This document shows, piece by piece, positions 40,001 to 48,096 of a DNA stretch of 64,000 bases. Origin of the DNA: Clostridia bacterium (GTDB lineage: Bacteria > Bacillota > Clostridia > Oscillospirales > CAG-272); NCBI GenBank assembly GCA_017547655.1, contig JAFYPF010000027.1, forward strand, positions 9,356-73,355, given 5' to 3'. Position numbers and translations under genes: made by a program. How positions within the stretch are numbered: position 1 is the stretch's first letter; each line of letters opens with the position of its first letter. Below the pieces are notes generated by a model, which was not told the origin of the DNA, did not search any database, and was given only the letters and a program-made list of their open reading frames with translations.

Positions 40001-43000
40001 GTGTTGGATATGAATACGTTTGGAACTGGCACACCAACGGTACGCCTTACGAATACCAAGCAGAGGTTTACCTGGTGTACGGCAACAACCTTGAGGGCGC
40101 ATACAGCGAAGAGGGTATTGAGTATTCTTCCGATAGACCTTACTTTGTTGAATACGGTGCAGTAAGCAGTTATTCAATGCAGTTGGAGCAGACTGATAAT
40201 GTTCTTGAAATTACCCTTGTACCCAAGGAATATCCGATACATTTGGATTTGAATTTAGGCAACGATGTCGGAACACATGTGTATGGTCTTGAAGAGTTTA
40301 TGGTTGATGACAATTCGAGCGAAGACAAATATGTGTTTATGCATACTTGGAGCTTTACAGAAACCTTTAATGCATACCCCTATAGAGAGGGATACGTATT
40401 TAAGGGCTGGACAAGCAGTAACGAACAAGAGGTTTACATCAAAGAAGACGGTACAATATACGTAGGTAATACGTTGGCGAAGAGTGTAACCCTTACGGCA
40501 AATTGGGAAAAACTTGAGGGAACAGATTACATAATTCGTTATCTTGAACTTAATACAGACAAGGTTCTTCTCGGTGCAAAATCAGTTAGCGGAACCGCTG
40601 TCGGTTCAACGATTGTCGCGGCTGAATATGCTCGTGAAATTGACGGATATGCCTATGCGGGTGCTTATGTTGACGGTGCTTATCACGATAAAACCGAAAA
40701 TCCCGCTATGGTTATTTCGAATAATCCGGTTAAGAATTTGATGGTAATTTATTATTTGCCTGACGGTTCAGACGGTTATACCGAGCAGGTTGAAAGTAAC
40801 CTTTCTATAAGCAAGGACGCAGTTCTTGAAAATGACGGGACTTATACGATAACGTTTGACACATATACGAAGGACAATCCCATTACTACACTTATCCAAC
40901 AGAATACTCCCCTTGATATCGTTCTTGTGCTTGACCAATCGGGGTCATTGGCTGAAAACGACTATGAGTATTTGAATGCACTTCAAAGTGCGCTTGATAA
41001 TTTCGTTGCATCTGTTGCTAACCACGGCAGAATTAACGGTGTTGACCACAGAATAGCTATGGTTGGTTATGCAGGTAATGCGAGTGATATACATTCATCT
41101 GATCCTACCAAACCTACGGGCGGAAAAGAGACAGACAGCTGGATAAATACGGGTGTATTTGATTCCAACGGTGAGTTCCACCTTTATAACGTAAAGGGAT
41201 TTGTATATACAGAGCTTAAGAATTTAAATTCTATTACGGCAAACGGTATATATTATACAAAGGTTACAGTTGACGGCAAAGAGAAGTATTTATTGCTTAC
41301 TCACTACGATGAATATCGTCACTTGATTAACGAGGAACAGGCAAGAATTGCTTCCCTTAAGGGCGAGACTATTTATGGATACGTGTTTGACGATAATGAT
41401 GTCGGTTCATTCGTTAAGCTTACAAGAAACAGCAGTGGCTTGTGGCTCTATGGAGATAAACAGCTTTATTCAGGAGAAAAATTCTTTACTTACCATACCG
41501 ACGTGTGGACACATCGTGACGGAATAAATGCTCGTGAAATACACGCATACGGAGTAGGTTCGAATTATACACCTATAGACGGTCATAGCGGAGTATACAC
41601 TCGTGAAGAAACTACCGGAACATCGTTCCAGCATAGTATTTACGAAGATGCATTGATGCCTGTATCTGTTGGCGCTATGGGCTCGGGAGGAACAAACCCC
41701 GGACTTATAAAGGCAACACAGTCTTTGGGCGCTGACGGTGCTACACGTGCAAGTTACGGTATGGAAATGGCTAACAAGATTCTTGCTGCGATGCCCAAGG
41801 ATGACGACGAGGGACGTGTTCGTCTCGTTGTTATGTTTACCGACGGTGAGCCCGGTTATCTTGGATTCCAAGACGGTGATTACTATCAGCAGGGTGTAAC
41901 CGAAGCTAATAATGCTATAACTCTTGCTTACGATACAAAGAACGTTTACGGTGCGTACGTGTATACGATAGGTCTTTACGAGAGTGCAGGTGTAGAAGCG
42001 ACAAGTGATGTTTCATATTATATGAATGCGCTTTCTTCTAATTATCCCAACGCAAAGAAAATGGATGATATAAAGACTACCATTAAATATACAGCTGCGA
42101 CACAGGGAACAGCCCTTGAAGCTAACGGAAAGTTCTATGTAAAGATTGGATCCAAGTATTATTTGATTGACTATGGTTACGTAACTGTAAACCGTCGTAA
42201 TCAGTGGTGTTGGTATTACCAAAACGGTTCAACTATAACTTCTATTTCAACTGCTACGTATCCTACTGTAGATAAAAACGGTAAAGTTGGAAACTATAGT
42301 ATATTTATACAATCCGGTGGATTTGCCGAAACTTCAAACAAAGGATACTATGCAACGACCGAAAGTTCGGAGCATTTGAAGGATTATTTCGAGAACGTTT
42401 TACGAGATATTACAACAAAGATTACCACAGAGATTGTTCTTGAGAATGATACGATTCTCCGTGATATAATGAATCAAGGCTTGGTTCTTACCGACGGAAC
42501 GGTAATTACCGTTTATACGCAGGAAGGAAACTATGACCTTGAAAACAAGAAGATAGTTTGGGCTGTAGATGAAAATGGACAGCCTATCCTCGAAAAGAAG
42601 GTTAGTCTTGAGGTTGGCAAAGATGATGACAAAGTTATAACCGATCCCGAAAGCGGAGTTTCGATTTTGGTTTATAATTACGGTAAATCAAATGCAACCA
42701 ACCCCGACAAAGCGGACTACGCTCCTCATACAGTTGACGTTACGGGATATAATTTTGCTGAATGGTATATCAGCGAAGAACATACCCGCGGATACAAGAT
42801 GGTTGTTACAATCACTCGAGTTGAAGCGAGAGATGACGTTGAGTGGGGAAGAGCTACCTCTACAAATAACGAAAAGTCAGGACTTTGGTTACCTGCTGAC
42901 GCAAGCGGATACAGAGAGCTTCTTCTCCCGTTTGACCAGCCTACCACCATTTTTGTTGAACGTGCATACGTTCTCGATTATGGCAAGTCATTTGAACTCA

Positions 43001-44625
43001 GCGGTTGGTATTTCGACGATGAAGACGGAAAGAATGCTACAGCTGTTCACGTTGACTGTGATATATCAAACGGAATGAACTATTTTGCTCCGTCGTCGCC
43101 GAATACCGAAAATACAAAAGATTCGGAATACGGTAATCTTAAATACGGAAACGTAAGTGTTGAGAACGGAAAGGTTACTTATACACCTACAAGTACAAAC
43201 TGGGGCAGTTATGATCAGTTCTACGTATTCGGAAATACGTGGAGAAAGACCGTACTTGCTCAAGATGCAAATGAAAATGGCAACCTTTGGAATAAGGTTA
43301 CTGTAATTCCTGCGAATAACATTTATTACGAAGACAGCTTTATTACGAAGAGTGATGATGTACAGAACGGTATTGAAGGATTTACGTTTGTCGGCGAGTG
43401 GGAGATTGTTGGAGAATCCGATAACAATGTAGAAATTCCCGAGCATATTGAATCTGCTCCTTACGGAGACGTACACGGTTGGACTGATTCGCTTGGCGAT
43501 GATGAAGCATTTACCGACGGTTCTGCTCACTTGGCGGGCGGCAACGGTACTATGGGGGCTCAGGCAACATTTACGTTTACCGGTACAGGTGTTGACGTTT
43601 ATACGTTTACAAACAATAAATCGGGCAGAGTTGTTGCTTCATTGAGCAGAATAACAACCAATCCCGACGGAACAAAGGTTTCGACGTTTGTTCAATCGAT
43701 TTCTATGGATAACCTGGCAATGTCAGGCGATTACTATTCGATACCGACAATTTCATTCTCAAAGCTGACATACGGTACATATTCCGTACAGCTTGTAGCT
43801 ACGGCGGCATATTCGGTAGAAACGGGAATGAGATATGAATACTACATTGACGGTATTCGTGTATACAATCCTCTTGGCAATGCTACAAATTATATGACGA
43901 GTCTTGTTAAGGACGCGTACGAGCTTGAAACAAACGCTGTATTTACCGAAGTTAGAGATATACTTCTTGCCGCAAAAGACTTCAATACCGATCTTCCCAA
44001 CGGTGATAACGGCGAAATGGGCGCTGTCTTTATAGACTGGATAAAGAAAGGACAAGGCGCAGAGGATGATGAGATTGGCGAAGGTGTACCGACATACAAC
44101 GTAGGCACATTTAAAACTTATGGTCCTAAAAATGAAGCATATTTAAGCAAGGGACAAGCTGTAGTATTGAGGGTTGATGAAGCTAACTATTATTTTGTAG
44201 GTATGAAGAGTCTTACGGGCGAAGAAGTTATAGTTAACGTAAGTGGAATTGAACTTTCGGAGCCGACTTCGATTAAATTCAGTCATACATCAGATCTCTA
44301 CTATAGAGTAACACCTGTAAACGGATATATTGTAATTCAAAACAACAGTACAAACGGTGCGCTTTTGGCGTTGACCAAGCTTCGTGCGACGAATCTTACA
44401 CAGCCGGTTGTAAACGGTGGAATTCTTTCGATTTCTTCTGATGAAGCTGTTGCGATGATGAGTGATTATACCGCATATATGATTGAGAAACAGAACGAAG
44501 AACCCGAGGTTATTCCGCCTGAAGATTTGGAAGTAATTCCTTCACTTGAAGAACAGAGTGAAGCAAACATTTTATTGGCAAACGAATTGTTTAACTCGGT
44601 TCGCGTGTGGCTTGATGAAGAATAG
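37063..44625 (+). CDS. Giant secreted adhesin-like protein (~2520 aa): signal peptide, InlB-B/Listeria-Bacteroides-type repeats, MucBP-like module, vWA domain, beta-rich C-terminal region
   Basis: Signal peptide MKRSNRLLAFILFVCMVISLVPPLQVARA; about 4 repeats of type F.GW...LYAQW/LTAKW/LTANW; MIDAS LDIVLVLDQSGS (~40915-40947) and VVMFTDG (~41830-41847); AAGGAG RBS. Confidence 0.8.
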   Translation: MKRSNRLLAFILFVCMVISLVPPLQVARAADIIQRYELDTDGIDVGATYLIVNTGSTGSGNALRFYYNSSLSRDFRNQTITVKDDAGVKYIETGFTNESDCVFTFSAAKVGYITHNNYYIDLSNSRYATSKPGESLNFTSVGDGAYRIYYSSYWSSYYLRYSNSDWARSTTSSTVYLYKLTEYVVGHDVEYNGNGYTAGTLPQNEYYIDSGSEYTVKAPSEGFKMDVGEDTYLFRCWNTKADGSGVEYEPGEKFTVESDVVLYAQWYQQTKHTASFISHYNGVQTDLNDIIGEDKNFYILLDGVEGAYIPLIKRGDGVYSAKVVDNGIYVVYAKNADGKYEEVHGHKIAIYNFDGTTDCFHYSVSYNTNGGVWADGENPGDVIHHSGESAFVTNATPTLKGNLFMGWEDKDGNLYAPGQHLTSAIDEKIELTAKWQETIDITVNVVINHNAVTTGSDNNNKRHELSFTLTREENGVNMPIENKVLDSGYVYDAENNTTTYTVVYTDMPQGTYHVSSAKSSYETVITHEGKSDDDQTIFINHTFAPENFDLYFDVIVKADDEGEKTLMPDKVNVKVSYWGYNEDNVLDWHIITQQDGTKAPISVEIDENGKGVGYYPVWGFWSGTDYAYDYRIEITSYVLPDGSIVPVNSKDKINFYIDGTNLYTAVITIESATENGEEGRIPTYPADSKTDLNGAYVGSGVQIGLPTATIEINSYKVTFDAGEGSVNGSSKVVLNNQYVCPDLDKYVATPSADDKTFICWVDAEGEPVTNMNGQFLNSDVTYYARYNDDAVVSGKVVVDVQYDYNGETATIHEIDRVNKVMVILQKKINDYYNDVDSMIVNIVYNKDENGNVLDGVGEYKFEDVLNDGTEYRVNVFAYNFTTTYDNDADGEYSEEQYVVDIDQFRAEGKVDVELGFAPDSYQQYVRVDASLIEESLRPTAVLVRYYYRDLGDVHNFQIISQHTVSPNGVMVSLDKSTAQGVGYEYVWNWHTNGTPYEYQAEVYLVYGNNLEGAYSEEGIEYSSDRPYFVEYGAVSSYSMQLEQTDNVLEITLVPKEYPIHLDLNLGNDVGTHVYGLEEFMVDDNSSEDKYVFMHTWSFTETFNAYPYREGYVFKGWTSSNEQEVYIKEDGTIYVGNTLAKSVTLTANWEKLEGTDYIIRYLELNTDKVLLGAKSVSGTAVGSTIVAAEYAREIDGYAYAGAYVDGAYHDKTENPAMVISNNPVKNLMVIYYLPDGSDGYTEQVESNLSISKDAVLENDGTYTITFDTYTKDNPITTLIQQNTPLDIVLVLDQSGSLAENDYEYLNALQSALDNFVASVANHGRINGVDHRIAMVGYAGNASDIHSSDPTKPTGGKETDSWINTGVFDSNGEFHLYNVKGFVYTELKNLNSITANGIYYTKVTVDGKEKYLLLTHYDEYRHLINEEQARIASLKGETIYGYVFDDNDVGSFVKLTRNSSGLWLYGDKQLYSGEKFFTYHTDVWTHRDGINAREIHAYGVGSNYTPIDGHSGVYTREETTGTSFQHSIYEDALMPVSVGAMGSGGTNPGLIKATQSLGADGATRASYGMEMANKILAAMPKDDDEGRVRLVVMFTDGEPGYLGFQDGDYYQQGVTEANNAITLAYDTKNVYGAYVYTIGLYESAGVEATSDVSYYMNALSSNYPNAKKMDDIKTTIKYTAATQGTALEANGKFYVKIGSKYYLIDYGYVTVNRRNQWCWYYQNGSTITSISTATYPTVDKNGKVGNYSIFIQSGGFAETSNKGYYATTESSEHLKDYFENVLRDITTKITTEIVLENDTILRDIMNQGLVLTDGTVITVYTQEGNYDLENKKIVWAVDENGQPILEKKVSLEVGKDDDKVITDPESGVSILVYNYGKSNATNPDKADYAPHTVDVTGYNFAEWYISEEHTRGYKMVVTITRVEARDDVEWGRATSTNNEKSGLWLPADASGYRELLLPFDQPTTIFVERAYVLDYGKSFELSGWYFDDEDGKNATAVHVDCDISNGMNYFAPSSPNTENTKDSEYGNLKYGNVSVENGKVTYTPTSTNWGSYDQFYVFGNTWRKTVLAQDANENGNLWNKVTVIPANNIYYEDSFITKSDDVQNGIEGFTFVGEWEIVGESDNNVEIPEHIESAPYGDVHGWTDSLGDDEAFTDGSAHLAGGNGTMGAQATFTFTGTGVDVYTFTNNKSGRVVASLSRITTNPDGTKVSTFVQSISMDNLAMSGDYYSIPTISFSKLTYGTYSVQLVATAAYSVETGMRYEYYIDGIRVYNPLGNATNYMTSLVKDAYELETNAVFTEVRDILLAAKDFNTDLPNGDNGEMGAVFIDWIKKGQGAEDDEIGEGVPTYNVGTFKTYGPKNEAYLSKGQAVVLRVDEANYYFVGMKSLTGEEVIVNVSGIELSEPTSIKFSHTSDLYYRVTPVNGYIVIQNNSTNGALLALTKLRATNLTQPVVNGGILSISSDEAVAMMSDYTAYMIEKQNEEPEVIPPEDLEVIPSLEEQSEANILLANELFNSVRVWLDEE

Positions 44626-44636
44626 GGAGGGAAAAA

Positions 44637-44891
44637 ATGAAGCAAATTTATTCAAAACCATTTATATCACTAGAAGTTTTTTCGCTTACCCAATCTGTTA
44701 CTCGTGATTGCGATAATATGTCGATTCCCAAAGATCAACTTACGTCAAATGATCCTATAAATTGCAAATGGGAATTGGGCGGAGGTTTTACAGTCTTTAT
44801 GGTTAGTAACGGTTGCACCATTGAAGGAGAAAATATGGGGTACGCATGTTATAACAATCCCGGAGAGGGACAGTTTATATTTCGTTCGTAA
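44637..44891 (+). CDS. Putative RiPP precursor peptide (84 aa)
   Basis: Strong GGGAGG RBS; leader MKQIYSKPFISLEVF (YxxP); Cys at 25, 43, 60, 71; C-terminal Ser; upstream of kinase, radical SAM and RRE genes. Confidence 0.75.
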   Translation: MKQIYSKPFISLEVFSLTQSVTRDCDNMSIPKDQLTSNDPINCKWELGGGFTVFMVSNGCTIEGENMGYACYNNPGEGQFIFRS

Positions 44892-44944
44892 CGATATACT
44901 ATTTCGTATTTGAATTTATAATTAAAGCAAAAAAACGTGTGTAT

Positions 44945-45793
44945 ATGAATAAGTATTATTTAAGTTTTATGGGACTGCGCATTTTATTGTGTGTGTCCCA
45001 TAAAATCAATATTTCAGAAAAAATGCGGATATTTTTAGATAAACCGCAGACGAGTTATGATTGCACTATAATCATACAAACAAAAAAAGAGCTTCCGGAT
45101 AGAACGGAAGACGGTGTATGGCACGGACTTGAGTATTACGATTATATCGACGGAGAAGCGCTGACGTATCATTTTAATGAAATCGGAGGAAAGCCTTTTG
45201 CCGTTACACGTTTTTTGAAAAACGGTGATATTTTTATTGACGTATGTTCGGGATTTGAGTCATACTTTGAAGGCTCTACGGGGATTTTTAATCGTATTGG
45301 CGTTGAAATGATGCTTTTGAAATACGGTGGAATGTTGTTGCATGCATCGTTGATTGAGTATCAAGGAAAGGCGATTGCTTTTACGGGGCCGTCGGGGATA
45401 GGGAAATCTACCCAAGCGGATATTTGGCACAAACGCCTTGGCGCAGATATAATTAACGGTGACCGTGCGGCTATTCGTAAGGTAGACGGAGAATGGAGAG
45501 CTTATGGTTCTCCTTTTGCAGGAACGTCGGGAATATATAAAAACAAAAACGCCCCGCTTTCTGCCATTGTTGTTTTGAAGCAATCGAAGGAAAATAAACT
45601 TGTTCCATTGAATGCAGCGGAGGCGTTTGGGATTATTTATTCAGAAATATCTATTCATCAATGGGACAAAAGATTTGTCTCGGATATAACCGATATTTAC
45701 CTTGATTTATTGAATGCCGTACCTGTTTATTTATTGGAATGTCTTCCAAACGAAGACGCAGCAACTATTTTAAAGAAAGGCTTATTGCTATGA
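44945..45793 (+). CDS. HprK-related P-loop kinase
   Basis: LLHASLI...FTGPSGIGKST...INGDR...GSPFAG. Confidence 0.75.
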   Translation: MNKYYLSFMGLRILLCVSHKINISEKMRIFLDKPQTSYDCTIIIQTKKELPDRTEDGVWHGLEYYDYIDGEALTYHFNEIGGKPFAVTRFLKNGDIFIDVCSGFESYFEGSTGIFNRIGVEMMLLKYGGMLLHASLIEYQGKAIAFTGPSGIGKSTQADIWHKRLGADIINGDRAAIRKVDGEWRAYGSPFAGTSGIYKNKNAPLSAIVVLKQSKENKLVPLNAAEAFGIIYSEISIHQWDKRFVSDITDIYLDLLNAVPVYLLECLPNEDAATILKKGLLL

Positions 45794-46899
45794 TTACGAA
45801 TCCGGTGTCACCTCCGATAACAGAATATTTATATAGCAGGGCATCAAATGCGGGAGTTCCCATTAGCGGTACTTTTGAGCTGACTCCGTTGTGTAACATG
45901 GATTGTAAGATGTGCTACGTTCGTCTTTCGTGGAAAGAACAGGAAGCGATTTGTCGGATATACGATGCCGAGAAGTGGCTCGAGCTGGCAAGAGAAGCGA
46001 GAGATGCAGGTATGCTGTATCTTCTTCTTACCGGAGGCGAACCGTTTTTGTATCACGGTTTTCGACAGGTTATGGAGGGGTTAAACAAGCTTGGGTTAAT
46101 TGTTTCGATTAACTCAAACGGAACGCTGATTGACGAGACTGTTATATCCTGGCTCAAGAATTGCCCGCCTATGAGGATAAATATCAGTATATATGGAGCT
46201 TCCGATGATACGTATGCGAAATTATGTAATAACCCGAGAGGCTTTACACAGGTTACAAATGCGATTCGACTTCTTAAGGAAGCCGGTATTTCTGTTAAAT
46301 TGAATTGCAGCTTAACCCCCGATAATGCAGATGAACTTCCGCTCATTGTGGAGTATGCAAAAGAAAATGATTTGGTTTTGCAGGTTGCAACTTATATGTT
46401 TCCGCCTTTGCGAAAAGCGGAGGATAATATTGGCCAAAATTCTCGCTTTACCCCCGAACAGGCGGCATATTATACAGTGTATTCAGATTATTTACTTCTT
46501 GGCACAGAGCGTTTTTTAGCAAGAGAAAATCGAGTGATCGGTGACATAGAGGATGACTGCGCAGGAATTGGCGACGGGATAAGATGCAGAGCAGGAAAGT
46601 GCAGTTTTTGGATTACGTGGAAGGGAACTATGACTCCTTGCGGTATGTTTCCCGAGCAAGATTTACCAAATGTTTTTGAGATGTCATTCTGTGATGCCTG
46701 GGAGAAGGTAAAGGAATATGCATCAGGCATTGTTCTTCCGTCAAAATGTGCGGGTTGCAGTGCAAAAGATGATTGTCGTGCTTGTGCGGCGATGGTTATT
46801 ACAGAAAGCGGTAGTTTTGATAAGGTTCCTCAATACAGATGTGATATGACTCATTCGTTTAGAACACAATGGGAACGCGTTAAGGAGAAGATACAATGA
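45790..46899 (+). CDS. Radical SAM/SPASM peptide maturase
   Basis: CNMDCKMC, TGGEP, SNG; SPASM motif C-x12-G-x4-C...Cx2Cx5Cx2C...C; ATGA overlap with the kinase stop. Confidence 0.88.
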   Translation: MITNPVSPPITEYLYSRASNAGVPISGTFELTPLCNMDCKMCYVRLSWKEQEAICRIYDAEKWLELAREARDAGMLYLLLTGGEPFLYHGFRQVMEGLNKLGLIVSINSNGTLIDETVISWLKNCPPMRINISIYGASDDTYAKLCNNPRGFTQVTNAIRLLKEAGISVKLNCSLTPDNADELPLIVEYAKENDLVLQVATYMFPPLRKAEDNIGQNSRFTPEQAAYYTVYSDYLLLGTERFLARENRVIGDIEDDCAGIGDGIRCRAGKCSFWITWKGTMTPCGMFPEQDLPNVFEMSFCDAWEKVKEYASGIVLPSKCAGCSAKDDCRACAAMVITESGSFDKVPQYRCDMTHSFRTQWERVKEKIQ

Positions 46900-47825
46900 A
46901 AAGAAACAGCTTACTAATACTTTTGGGTGTTATAGTTATCGTTATACTGTTGGTGATTTCTATTGTATTGAAAAGCGGAACAGATAAAGATACGCCAATA
47001 GATGAAAACGGACCTGATATAACAAGTGGCGTTGGTGACACTACAAGCTCTCAAACAAATGCTACGCCGACGACTAATGCGTCTCCTGAGACTGATTCCG
47101 AAGCGCCAACTCCCGACACAACTACAGGTTCATCAACTGTTGTTACAACAGAGGTTACGACGGGACCTCAAGCGACTCTTCCGGCCGATTTACCTCCGGG
47201 GGTGGTAATTCTCCCCGATGATGATGGTACATCCGGAGAAAATGCAGGTGTAGAATTTCCGTGTAAGATTGACGGATATGAACTTGTGATTGAAAAAATT
47301 GCGAGTTACAAGGGGCTTTTTGTTGAACACGGCACGAATGTGATGGTTGACTCCGTTGCTATGCTTCTGGTTGATAACAAAGGCGAGTTTCCTATAGAAT
47401 ATACACAGTTGTCTGTGCAATACGGGAATGAAACGCTGGTGTTTGATATAACAGCGCTTCCGCAAGGGGAAAAAATTGTAGTGCAAGAAAAGAACGGAAA
47501 GACTGTTCCAGAGGGAAAGGTTGATTCTGTTAAAGCCATGATTGTACAAAAGGCATCAATAGATATGTCCGAGGGACAAGTGTCTGTTGTTGATAATGGG
47601 GATAATACACTTACAGTAAAGAACTTGACAGACAAGACAATACCGACTATTCGTATTTTTTATAAATATTATATGCAAGACGAAGATGTTTTTGTAGGCG
47701 GAATTGCTTTTACGGTTCGGCTTACACGAGTTGGCGCGGGTGAAAGCATAACTATTCAACCCTCACATTATACATCTAAAACAAGCAAGGTTGTAATGGT
47801 TTTGACTTACGATTCAGAGGTGTAA
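46896..47825 (+). CDS. Membrane-anchored protein with a Thr/Ser/Pro-rich stalk and beta-rich C-terminal domains
   Basis: N-terminal hydrophobic anchor; TTSSQTNATPTTNASPETDSEAPTPDTTTGSSTVVTT linker. Confidence 0.7.
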   Translation: MKRNSLLILLGVIVIVILLVISIVLKSGTDKDTPIDENGPDITSGVGDTTSSQTNATPTTNASPETDSEAPTPDTTTGSSTVVTTEVTTGPQATLPADLPPGVVILPDDDGTSGENAGVEFPCKIDGYELVIEKIASYKGLFVEHGTNVMVDSVAMLLVDNKGEFPIEYTQLSVQYGNETLVFDITALPQGEKIVVQEKNGKTVPEGKVDSVKAMIVQKASIDMSEGQVSVVDNGDNTLTVKNLTDKTIPTIRIFYKYYMQDEDVFVGGIAFTVRLTRVGAGESITIQPSHYTSKTSKVVMVLTYDSEV

Positions 47826-47829
47826 TACT

Positions 47830-48096
47830 ATGAAGTTGAAAGGCGATTTTGTTGTTCGTAGTGTAATGGACAATAACGTTGTAATTCCCATAGGGCAAAC
47901 TGCATTAAAAATAAAGGGTATGATTCTTTTGAATGATGTTAGTATGGTAATTTGGGAATGCTTATTAAACAAGTGTGACGTTGAAACTATTGTTTCGGCA
48001 GTTACGGATAAATTTGAGGTGTCCGACGCTGAAGCTCGCACAGATATTATTGAATTTTTAGATTTGTTGCGCAAAGCGCAGCTATTGGATGAATGA
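47830..48096 (+). CDS. PqqD-family protein / RRE #2
   Basis: GMILLNDVSMVIWECL...VTDKFEVSDAEARTDIIEFLDLLRKAQLL. Confidence 0.87.
   Translation: MKLKGDFVVRSVMDNNVVIPIGQTALKIKGMILLNDVSMVIWECLLNKCDVETIVSAVTDKFEVSDAEARTDIIEFLDLLRKAQLLDE

Noticed and set aside
37063-44625. Sortase-assembled pilus operon
   Set aside because: No LPXTG-type sorting signal, no sortase and no backbone pilin recognised
44637-48096. Lasso peptide cluster (YxxP leader, RRE, HprK-like kinase, ABC exporter)
   Set aside because: No asparagine-synthetase-like cyclase or transglutaminase-like B2 protease in the window; the core is long and Cys-spaced, and a radical SAM is present instead
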